Positions 1 through 8,809 of a DNA stretch of 20,000 nucleotides are shown here, one piece after another (positions within the stretch are counted from its first letter, which is position 1; the number at the start of each line of letters is the position of its first letter). The translations under genes were made by a program, and so were the position numbers. Under the pieces are notes generated by a model. That model saw only the letters and a list, made by a program, of their open reading frames with translations. It searched no databases and had not been told where the DNA came from. Origin of the DNA: Thraustochytrium aureum (taxonomy: Eukaryota); assembly GCA_012862495.1 (NCBI GenBank), contig BLSG01000088.1, positions 163,770 to 183,769 of the forward strand, given 5' to 3'.

Positions 1-279
1 AACACGGCCCGTCCGGATGGCCTACGGCGAACCTCTCCAAGCTTTGTCAACTCCAACACGTACTCTGGATTCTTTGCACTGTACCAGCACTCGATCTTCC
101 GCGCAGAGTTCCTTGCGGACCCTGGCTTCGACAACGTCCCGCCGGCATCGTTCCACTACGCCGTGCCGCCTGCTGAAGGGAGTTATGTGTACCCAGACCA
201 AGCCATCCTCGAAACCTGCGGCAACCGGCCCATTTCCTTTCAGCTCAAACCGAATCGCACCGCGTTCAACTGGCCATAG
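1..279 (+). CDS. 3' end of an unknown protein (5'-partial, runs off the window start)
   Basis: Frame +1 is open from base 1 to TAG at 277-279 (NTARPDGLRRTSPSFVNSNTYSGFFALYQHSIFRAEFLADPGFDNVPPASFHYAVPPAEGSYVYPDQAILETCGNRPISFQLKPNRTAFNWP*). Composition is protein-like with many C/G-ending codons. It is absent from the ORF track because its start lies outside the window. Confidence 0.6.
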   Translation, partial: NTARPDGLRRTSPSFVNSNTYSGFFALYQHSIFRAEFLADPGFDNVPPASFHYAVPPAEGSYVYPDQAILETCGNRPISFQLKPNRTAFNWP

Positions 280-1237
280 ATCGCTCCGCCCGCCCGCCGC
301 GTAGAGCTAGCTAGAGGACTGTAGAATGATTTCAAGAACCAAAACGAAGACGTCTGGATCGCTCGCGATCTTATTGCTCGCCTCGCGTTGACGCCGCCCC
401 AGGCGCGCGCTGTTGTTGCGAATCGCGACGGTTGCGGCGCGGCTTTTGGGCTCGTCGTTTTTGTTTTGTTTTTTGTGTGAGTCCGATCACCCGAAACCAG
501 TGGATTGGAAGTTCCACCCTCAAGCGCAAGTCTACAGCTCCACAAGCCGACAAGCCGCCGATAGCAAGGAGGATCCGACTTGCCGACCGGCACAACTTCA
601 AGTTGGCCTACTACCCATGGCGTGTTCTTGCACTGGCACTGCGGTTGGTGCGCTTGCTCTTTCCAAAGAAGCCAAGAGGAGCAGCGAGTTTTGCGTCTCC
701 TGTGGCAAGCAGCGACCTCCTGCTGCGAATTCTGTTCTGGTTGCGTGAGGCGGAGCAGAACAGTTTGCTACGACGCGTAGGTATCTCATCAAGCTGGAGC
801 ACTTCAAGTCCAGCATCATCAAGTCACCTTGGTGGTGTGCCACCCTGCACGCTCTGACGGGCACAAAAACGCTCATCCCCTGAGGATTTTGTACGAAAAC
901 AGATCGATCTCTGGCGTGGCGACGATCAACGCGCATTTGGCTTTTTGTGCCGCCGCTCGCACCGGGCAGATCAGCCTCCGTGTTCTCCTCGCACATACGC
1001 CAAGGTGGGTACAATACGCGAGCAAAGACCACAAATTTCTGTTCTGAAGAATCAATCACCTGCCGCCGTTCACACCTTGCGTGCTCTCGCCGATCAGATC
1101 AATGCTCATTTGCATGGGCACATTTGCATGGGTGCATCTACTCATATCGTCCAACGACGCAGCAGACCCGCAACGCGGCCCGCCATCAAGCACCCGCAAT
1201 CACAGACCGGGCTGGTGAACACGCGCTGCGAAGAACG

Positions 1238-2388
1238 ATGGAGACGTCCAAGGTGACCAGCATCGAAGCCGGCCCCGCCGAAGTCGGCGAGCACGTGCCA
1301 TACGTGACCCATGACGACTACACCGAAATCCGGCCGCGAAGCGTGATCCTTGGCGCTGTCCTTTCGGTCGTGCTCGGCGCCGCCAACGTATACCTGGGGC
1401 TCCTGGTCGGTCTCACAATTTCCGCGAGCATCCCTGCAAGCGTCATGTCCATGGCCATCCTCCGATGCTTCAAGGACACCAACATCCTCGAGTCCAATAT
1501 TGTCCAAACTGCAGCGAGCGCTGGCGAAGCCTTGGCCGCTGGTGTGATCTTCACAATCCCTGGGCTGGTGATTCTTCAGAGGAAGAGCGACGCAAACGAG
1601 GCCGGGTTTGAGGGCGTGGTGGGTTGGGACACGTTCCTGGGATCCAACTACATTTAGTGACCGCGCTGGCGCTGTTTGGCGGTCTCTTGGGCATTCTGTT
1701 CTCAATTCCGATCCGGCGAGCGCTTATCCTCGAGATCAAGCCTCCGCTGAGGTTCCCGGAGGGCGTGGCCACCGCCCAGGTGCTGCGGGCTGGCGAGGCA
1801 GGAGGCGCGGTGGTCTGGGCCGTCGCCGCCGGCGCCGTCCTGGGGTCCGCCACCAAGATCTCGGACACAATCCGTCTCTACAACCCTGTCAGCGGGTTTG
1901 GCTGGCTGTACGCAGGCAAGTACCCGAGCTACTTTGGCGTCAACTTCTCCTCGGCGCTACTCGCCGTGGGCTACATTGTGGGCCCGCAAGTCGGGACCGT
2001 GCTTCTTCTCGGCGCCCTTACGCAGTACTTTATCGCCATGCCCATCTCTGCGTACGTCACAACGACTACACGGGCGAATTCTCTGCGGCTGCAGTGCCCA
2101 GCGCCGAGTTCGGCCGCACGCGCTACGTTGGCGTGGGCCTCATGGTCGTGGGGGGCATTTGGGCCCTCATCAGCGTGCGCCATGCCCTGGTGCAGGCCAT
2201 CAAGTTCGGTCTGCAGACGTTTCGCAGCGCCGTGGCGGACGCCGGCGACGCCGTCGTGCCCCGCTACGAGCAGGACCTGTCGTTCAAGACGATCCTCGGC
2301 GGCATCGGTGTGTCTACGGTCGCGCTCTACGCCATCCTTGGGGCATTTAGCTCGGCGTGGGGCAAGGTCATCCCCTTGGTCCTGCTTG
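1238..2388 (+). CDS. OPT superfamily (oligopeptide/YSL-type) transporter, prokaryote-like; two apparent frameshifts (~1655, ~2057); 3' part lost in gap
   Basis: ATG at 1238 (METSKV...). OPT motifs occur in order across three frames: NVYLGLLVGLTISASIPASV, ILESNIVQTAASAGEALAAGVIFTIPGL | GGLLGILFSIPIRRALI, LRFPEGVATAQVL, SALLAVGYIVG | RYVGVGLMVVGGIWALI. Many transmembrane segments. Confidence 0.9.
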
Positions 2389-3282
2389 NNNNNNNNNNNN
2401 NNNNNNNNNNNNNNNNNNNNNNNNNNNNNNNNNNNNNNNNNNNNNNNNNNNNNNNNNNNNNNNNNNNNNNNNNNNNNNNNNNNNNNNNNNNNNNNNNNNN
2501 NNNNNNNNNNNNNNNNNNNNNNNNNNNNNNNNNNNNNNNNNNNNNNNNNNNNNNNNNNNNNNNNNNNNNNNNNNNNNNNNNNNNNNNNNNNNNNNNNNNN
2601 NNNNNNNNNNNNNNNNNNNNNNNNNNNNNNNNNNNNNNNNNNNNNNNNNNNNNNNNNNNNNNNNNNNNNNNNNNNNNNNNNNNNNNNNNNNNNNNNNNNN
2701 NNNNNNNNNNNNNNNNNNNNNNNNNNNNNNNNNNNNNNNNNNNNNNNNNNNNNNNNNNNNNNNNNNNNNNNNNNNNNNNNNNNNNNNNNNNNNNNNNNNN
2801 NNNNNNNNNNNNNNNNNNNNNNNNNNNNNNNNNNNNNNNNNNNNNNNNNNNNNNNNNNNNNNNNNNNNNNNNNNNNNNNNNNNNNNNNNNNNNNNNNNNN
2901 NNNNNNNNNNNNNNNNNNNNNNNNNNNNNNNNNNNNNNNNNNNNNNNNNNNNNNNNNNNNNNNNNNNNNNNNNNNNNNNNNNNNNNNNNNNNNNNNNNNN
3001 NNNNNNNNNNNNNNNNNNNNNNNNNNNNNNNNNNNNNNNNNNNNNNNNNNNNNNNNNNNNNNNNNNNNNNNNNNNNNNNNNNNNNNNNNNNNNNNNNNNN
3101 NNNNNNNNNNNNNNNNNNNNNNNNNNNNNNNNNNNNNNNNNNNNNNNNNNNNNNNNNNNNNNNNNNNNNNNNNNNNNNNNNNNNNNNNNNNNNNNNNNNN
3201 NNNNNNNNNNNNNNNNNNNNNNNNNNNNNNNNNNNNNNNNNNNNNNNNNNNNNNAAATAAAAAAAGTCGATCGGCGCACAGG

Positions 3283-4134
3283 CTACGACATGGTCGACTG
3301 AGGCTCCTTGAGCTTTGAGCTTCGAAGCAGCTCGCGCGGGATAGGAGCCGGCTCGCCCTCGCCTTCGGAGTCGGGGCCTTTCGCCGCACCCGAGCGCAGG
3401 ATGTCAACAGCGTGGGCGATGGCGTAGTTGGCCACACTCTGCTTGGTGTAGTAGAGGCTGTTGAAGAGCGCCATGGCGCCGATCACGAGACCAACGGGCA
3501 GAGGCACCGTGGTGCGCCCATAGGAGAACGCCATCCAGAGCGTGAATGCCACTACGACGATGCCGGGCCCGCGCAGGTAAACGTTGAGCGCCGCGCAAAG
3601 CCGCTTTTGCACCATCACCGGCACCATTTGGTGCTTGGCCAGCACCAACATCAAGTAATCGATCCCGCCGGGGAGGCCAGAGATGAAGAACGCCAAGCTG
3701 CCCTGCAGCGCGCCCCATTTGAAGTACTGGCCCATGAGCCCAATCGTCGGAATGAACATAAAGTGGTGAAAGCGCTCGTCCGCCGTGAGCGGAAACGTGA
3801 GGTGGTACGCATGGATAGTGTTGGTGATGATCACCGGCCAGGGCGAGGCTGTCCCGAACAGCGACTCGTCATTGTAAACGCGCGAGTCGGCGCACTGCAC
3901 GGGGTCGCCCAGACAAGTCACCAAGGAACGGGCAGCCGTCAGAACGACGAGCAGGTTGCCAAACGCGTGGAGCGCAAACCACCGCGCGCGAGTCTCCTTG
4001 GCCACAAAGTGATCAAACACGCTCAGAACGACCCCGACCAACAGGTTGCCGAACAGCGACGCGGGAAACTCGCTCAAGCTGCCGGACCCTTGCGGTGCCA
4101 CCGTCCGAATAAGGTTGGCCGCCGCCTCGCTCAT
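3283..4134 (-). CDS. TLC (TRAM/LAG1/CLN8) domain multi-pass membrane protein
   Basis: 283 aa from ATG 4134 (MSEAAAN...) to TAG at 3283-3285; the frame stays open further upstream. About six hydrophobic helices. Motifs RWFALHAFGN, IHAYH, ERFHHFMF (TLC di-histidine), FFISGLPGGIDYLML and LNVYLRGPG. Confidence 0.75.
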   Translation of the reverse strand: MSEAAANLIRTVAPQGSGSLSEFPASLFGNLLVGVVLSVFDHFVAKETRARWFALHAFGNLLVVLTAARSLVTCLGDPVQCADSRVYNDESLFGTASPWPVIITNTIHAYHLTFPLTADERFHHFMFIPTIGLMGQYFKWGALQGSLAFFISGLPGGIDYLMLVLAKHQMVPVMVQKRLCAALNVYLRGPGIVVVAFTLWMAFSYGRTTVPLPVGLVIGAMALFNSLYYTKQSVANYAIAHAVDILRSGAAKGPDSEGEGEPAPIPRELLRSSKLKEPQSTMS

Positions 4135-4710
4135 TTCCCCAAGCCTGGCCGCTCCACACGAGCCTCCAACAAGCCCGGCGCCAACAACAACGTGCAGCGC
4201 ACAGCCTGCCTGCAGTATTTTCAACGCGTCCCGAACCTCGATGCGCAACTGCTCGGTCGATAATCGGCCGAAAATCAATCTCTCGAGCTCAAAAACACAT
4301 TCTTGCTTGCGACTTTCGAGGCAAAGTGTCCTCGGTTAACACTCTGTGCGTTTCCGCTTAACCGGCGCGAGTTTCGCGAGCAGAATCCATCGCAGAGTCG
4401 TCTCTCCGCCATGTGCGTACCGCGCTCACTAGCCCCCTGCGCCCGCGCGAAAGGTGGGCGGAATGCCGGCGATGCGGCAGCTGGCGAGTCTGCGGGCCTG
4501 GGCCAGAGCTGGGCCTGGTGAAATGGCCACGAGCAGCGGATGAAAGGCCCGCTCGCCCCGCTATCTTCCGTCCATCGATGCTCACGACGGCCGAGGGGTT
4601 CTTGACGACGGGCAGGATGGATGGGATCGCGTGGGATGGCTCGAGCCCAGGTCTTTCTCTGACAGTGTGCCGCATCATGCTCGATTTCCCATCTCTTTTC
4701 GTTCCACCGT

Positions 4711-4826
4711 CGCGCAACGCTGCGCGGACATCCTCGTCGTCGCCGCGCAACGCTGCGCGAACATCCGTGTCGCCGCGGCGCAACGCTGCGCGAACATCCT
4801 CGTCATCGCGGCGCAACGCTGCGCGA
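4711..4826. repeat. 33-bp period minisatellite, about 3.5 units, with a self-complementary 15-bp core
   Basis: GCGCAACGCTGCGCG starts at 4712, 4745, 4778 and 4811. The 18-nt linkers resemble each other (GACATCCTCGTCGTCGCC, AACATCCGTGTCGCCGCG, AACATCCTCGTCATCGCG). Confidence 0.9.
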
Positions 4827-4846
4827 AGTTGGTTGCGCGGGAGTGC

Positions 4847-5671
4847 TCATAAAGCGACGAGCTCGACGACCTGGACGGTGACGAGCAGACCGACGTCGGC
4901 TGGAAGGTCGCTGGCGCGCTGCCAAGCCGAGCAAGCTCCGCCAAGGGCGCCTGCGGCAGAAAGCACTGCGCAGCAGGTCTCGCCCTCGTGCATTCCGTCG
5001 ATGATGCCGTCCAAGCCAGGTAGCAAGCGGCCCGCCCCAACGACCACGCGCACCGGCCTCGCCCCGTGGCTCGCGGCGCTCGACTGGACAAGCCGCCTGT
5101 TCAAAAAGGCGACCTCAAAGTGCACCAGCGCCTTGCAGCCAGCACGGACCACGCGCGACAAGTCGGCGCCCTCAGCCTTGTTGCTCGTGATGCGCGCCCC
5201 GCTGCCCTTCGGAGCCTTGCCAGCGAGCTTTTTCAGTCTCTTGCAGGCGCTCTTGTGCACGCCCCAGTCTTCTTTCAGGTGCTCTGGGGAGCAATAAAAC
5301 ACGCCTCGGCAGGCGCTGCAGCAAAACCGCCCATGCTCGCCGCAGACCGGGCAGGACAGCCGAATCCTTTCGAGCTCGGACACCTCGGGCTCTGCCGCTT
5401 TTCCGTCGCCGCCCTGCACTTCCGGCTCTACTTGAGCGCTTTCAGCAGCCTCGCGTTTTTTCGCGTCCTGGTTTCCGCGTGGCCCATCGCCTTGCGCGGC
5501 ATGACTGGGCTCGTGATCCGTGGCGTCCACTCTCGCGGCCTCCGCGTCGTCCTGCGACGCGCGCGCTGCGTCCGTGCTCCGTGCGAGTCCATCCAAAGGA
5601 GCACCACGCTCGTCAACAGCCTGTTGCGCATCCGTGACCGTCTCCCGTGCGCCAGCACGGGAATCATCCAT
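4847..5671 (-). CDS. MYND zinc finger plus C-terminal FKBP-like (degenerate PPIase) domain protein
   Basis: 274 aa ORF with a disordered acidic N-terminus. MYND pattern CPVC..CSAC...YCSPEHLKEDWGVHKSAC. FKBP-fold pattern VRAGCKALVHF...VVGAGRLLPGLDGIIDGMHEGE...SAAGALG...LPADVGLLVTVQVVEL. Confidence 0.8.
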   Translation of the reverse strand: MDDSRAGARETVTDAQQAVDERGAPLDGLARSTDAARASQDDAEAARVDATDHEPSHAAQGDGPRGNQDAKKREAAESAQVEPEVQGGDGKAAEPEVSELERIRLSCPVCGEHGRFCCSACRGVFYCSPEHLKEDWGVHKSACKRLKKLAGKAPKGSGARITSNKAEGADLSRVVRAGCKALVHFEVAFLNRRLVQSSAASHGARPVRVVVGAGRLLPGLDGIIDGMHEGETCCAVLSAAGALGGACSAWQRASDLPADVGLLVTVQVVELVAL

Positions 5672-6699
5672 CTAGCTCGAGCCACTTCCTTCGTGTCAAA
5701 CCCGCGAAGCCGCCTGCCCCGCGCCGACTGGCTGCAGCAGCAGTGCCTCTGGTGTTTCCACTGTCATCCAAAGCGCTGGCTGGCTCTGGCTCAGCCTGGC
5801 TCAGCCTGGCTNNNNNNNNNNNNNNNNNNNNNNNNNNNNNNNNNNNNNNNNNNNNNNNNNNNNNNNNNNNNNNNNNNNNNNNNNNNNNNNNNNNNNNNNN
5901 NNNNNNNNNNNNNNNNNNNNNNNNNNNNNNNNNNNNNNNNNNNNNNNNNNNNNNNNNNNNNNNNNNNNNNNNNNNNNNNNNNNNNNNNNNNNNNNNNNNN
6001 NNNNNNNNNNNNNNNNNNNNNNNNNNNNNNNNNNNNNNNNNNNNNNNNNNNNNNNNNNNNNNNNNNNNNNNNNNNNNNNNNNNNNNNNNNNNNNNNNNNN
6101 NNNNNNNNNNNNNNNNNNNNNNNNNNNNNNNNNNNNNNNNNNNNNNNNNNNNNNNNNNNNNNNNNNNNNNNNNNNNNNNNNNNNNNNNNNNNNNNNNNNN
6201 NNNNNNNNNNNNNNNNNNNNNNNNNNNNNNNNNNNNNNNNNNNNNNNNNNNNNNNNNNNNNNNNNNNNNNNNNNNNNNNNNNNNNNNNNNNNNNNNNNNN
6301 NNNNNNNNNNNNNNNNNNNNNNNNNNNNNNNNNNNNNNNNNNNNNNNNNNNNNNNNNNNNNNNNNNNNNNNNNNNNNNNNNNNNNNNNNNNNNNNNNNNN
6401 NNNNNNNNNNNNNNNNNNNNNNNNNNNNNNNNNNNNNNNNNNNNNNNNNNNNNNNNNNNNNNNNNNNNNNNNNNNNNNNNNNNNNNNNNNNNNNNNNNNN
6501 NNNNNNNNNNNNNNNNNNNNNNNNNNNNNNNNNNNNNNNNNNNNNNNNNNNNNNNNNNNNNNNNNNNNNNNNNNNNNNNNNNNNNNNNNNNNNNNNNNNN
6601 NNNNNNNNNNNNNNAGAGCGCTGGCTGGCGCGCGGCGCTGGCCACGCGAGGAAGGCAGCCCGCTGCGGCCGGCCGGAGCGGCCGAGGCTCGACGAGGTG

Positions 6700-7696
6700 A
6701 TGCTGAACGAGGCGCTGCTTGGCGCAGGGGGTGGGGCGGCAGCCGGCGAAGCCGCTTTGAGCGCTGACGAGCTGTTCAAGGCTGTGTGTCGGGTGTTCTT
6801 CTACAAGGACGAAGCGCGGTATGCGAGGGAGCTCGCCCCGGTGGCTGGCGCGCCGTCAGTCCGCGACGCCACGGCCGTTCTTGACGTAATCGAGCGCGCC
6901 AAGGTTGGGCCGGTAGGTCGCGCAGGTCTAGCTCCCGAGGTCGAGTTGATTCTTCAACGACTCGGCGTGGCGCGGTCCAGCGATGCCTCGGATTGGACCA
7001 TCGACGAGAGCCTCGCGAGCTCGCTGCAAAGGGCCAAGGACAAGCACCGCGTGGAGTTCCACCGCGAGATAGCCAACCTCCGGTATTCTGCGTTCTCGCG
7101 CGCCCTGGGCGAAACGTGGAGCCACGCCCCTGGCGCGCTTGCGCGCGATCCCGAAGGAGGAGGCACCGCCGCCATTGCAGAGGAGGGCTTGGCCGAAACG
7201 CCCGCAGAGGCCAGCTCGCAGCGTGACGCGCTCGACCAGTTCTTGCGCAAATGGGAGCGCTTCGACATGGCCCGGCCAGTGATTAGCGGCCTGCACGCGG
7301 CCCTTGTTGCTCAGATCGGCGCCGGGCCAGAGCAGGTCATCGTCTGGACCCTCGACGACGCAGCGCTCGTGGAGCGCGGGCACGAGCTGGCCGAGTCGGC
7401 GGCCAAGCTCATGCTGGTCGACCTGCGGTTCGCGCTCCTCAGCTACGACCCGCAAGCCACGGAGGTTTCGCGAGAGTGGGTAGTGGGCACCCAACTCTCG
7501 GACCGGCGGCTGGCGGCGCCTGGTGGCCCTTTTCCCCTCGTTTGTGCGCGCATCGCCGTCCCCAATGTCTGGGACTGTCGGGTTTGCGCCCGTGGAGGCT
7601 GGGCTACGGCGCAGCAACGTTGACGGGGCGGCTGACGCGGCGTGTCCGCAGGACTCGTTGTTTTACCCGCTGCTTTCGCGCTGTGACATTTTGTGA
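6700..7696 (+). CDS. Hypothetical protein; probable +1 frameshift at ~7519, corrected C-terminus ends in CaaX (CDIL)
   Basis: Frame +1 is open from the gap edge with GC3-biased, globular-looking sequence; likely ATG at 6700 (MLNEALL...), though the start could lie in the gap. Removing one C at 7519 continues as LVALFPSFVRAS...LFYPLLSRCDIL* to TGA 7694-7696. The uncorrected ORF stops at 7623. Confidence 0.7.
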
Positions 7697-8809
7697 GTAG
7701 CCGACGGCGCGGCCAACAGAGCGTCGAGGAGCAGCTGCCCGGCCCAGAAGAGAGCAACTGGCGATCGCGCGAGCGAGCGGATGAGTAGGTAGACAGAACA
7801 ATAGCAACTTGTTAGCGAGCGAGCGGACGCGGAACGCCCCCGCGCCGCGGCGCGCCCTTCTTAGACGGAGGCGCACGGCCAACGCCGAGACGCGCAAGNN
7901 NNNNNNNNNNNNNNNNNNNNNNNNNNNNNNNNNNNNNNNNNNNNNNNNNNNNNNNNNNNNNNNNNNNNNNNNNNNNNNNNNNNNNNNNNNNNNNNNNNNN
8001 NNNNNNNNNNNNNNNNNNNNNNNNNNNNNNNNNNNNNNNNNNNNNNNNNNNNNNNNNNNNNNNNNNNNNNNNNNNNNNNNNNNNNNNNNNNNNNNNNNNN
8101 NNNNNNNNNNNNNNNNNNNNNNNNNNNNNNNNNNNNNNNNNNNNNNNNNNNNNNNNNNNNNNNNNNNNNNNNNNNNNNNNNNNNNNNNNNNNNNNNNNNN
8201 NNNNNNNNNNNNNNNNNNNNNNNNNNNNNNNNNNNNNNNNNNNNNNNNNNNNNNNNNNNNNNNNNNNNNNNNNNNNNNNNNNNNNNNNNNNNNNNNNNNN
8301 NNNNNNNNNNNNNNNNNNNNNNNNNNNNNNNNNNNNNNNNNNNNNNNNNNNNNNNNNNNNNNNNNNNNNNNNNNNNNNNNNNNNNNNNNNNNNNNNNNNN
8401 NNNNNNNNNNNNNNNNNNNNNNNNNNNNNNNNNNNNNNNNNNNNNNNNNNNNNNNNNNNNNNNNNNNNNNNNNNNNNNNNNNNNNNNNNNNNNNNNNNNN
8501 NNNNNNNNNNNNNNNNNNNNNNNNNNNNNNNNNNNNNNNNNNNNNNNNNNNNNNNNNNNNNNNGGTGTGCCAGGCGCTCGCCTGCCGCGCCAGGTGCATT
8601 CCTAGCTTGCTGCCGGCTTGGCAAGAAGCCCAATCGGGCCCGGTCGCGTGGGGCGCGCCCGGCTCGACGAACGAGAACGAGAACGAGAAGAAACCCAAGG
8701 GTATGTACCGGTAAATACTTGCTCGTTGTTATTCAGGCAGTGCCGCGCGAGCCGCAGATGACTCGCGCGGATAAGTAGATAATTAAAAAAGGGGCACCCA
8801 TAGACCCCG

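Noticed and set aside
947..1237. N-terminal extension of the OPT ORF from 947
   Set aside because: Non-ATG start and no transporter-like character; ATG 1238 gives a normal OPT N-terminus.
3412..4263. Long antisense ORFs opposite real genes (also opposite the MYND-FKBP and myosin genes)
   Set aside because: These are shadow ORFs caused by high GC3 codon bias on the coding strand.
4711..4826. CRISPR-like array (palindromic repeat with regular spacing)
   Set aside because: The repeat is only 15 bp, the 18-nt linkers are near-identical rather than unique, there are no cas genes, and the context is eukaryotic. It is a minisatellite.
5776..5811. CTGGCT/GGCTCAGCCT short tandem repeat at a gap edge
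   Set aside because: Only two to three units and truncated by Ns; probably the low-complexity cause of the assembly break.
8564..8714. Possible 3' end of a plus-strand gene with a (GAACGA)n repeat
   Set aside because: Only about 50 codons next to a gap, with no motif; cannot be supported.
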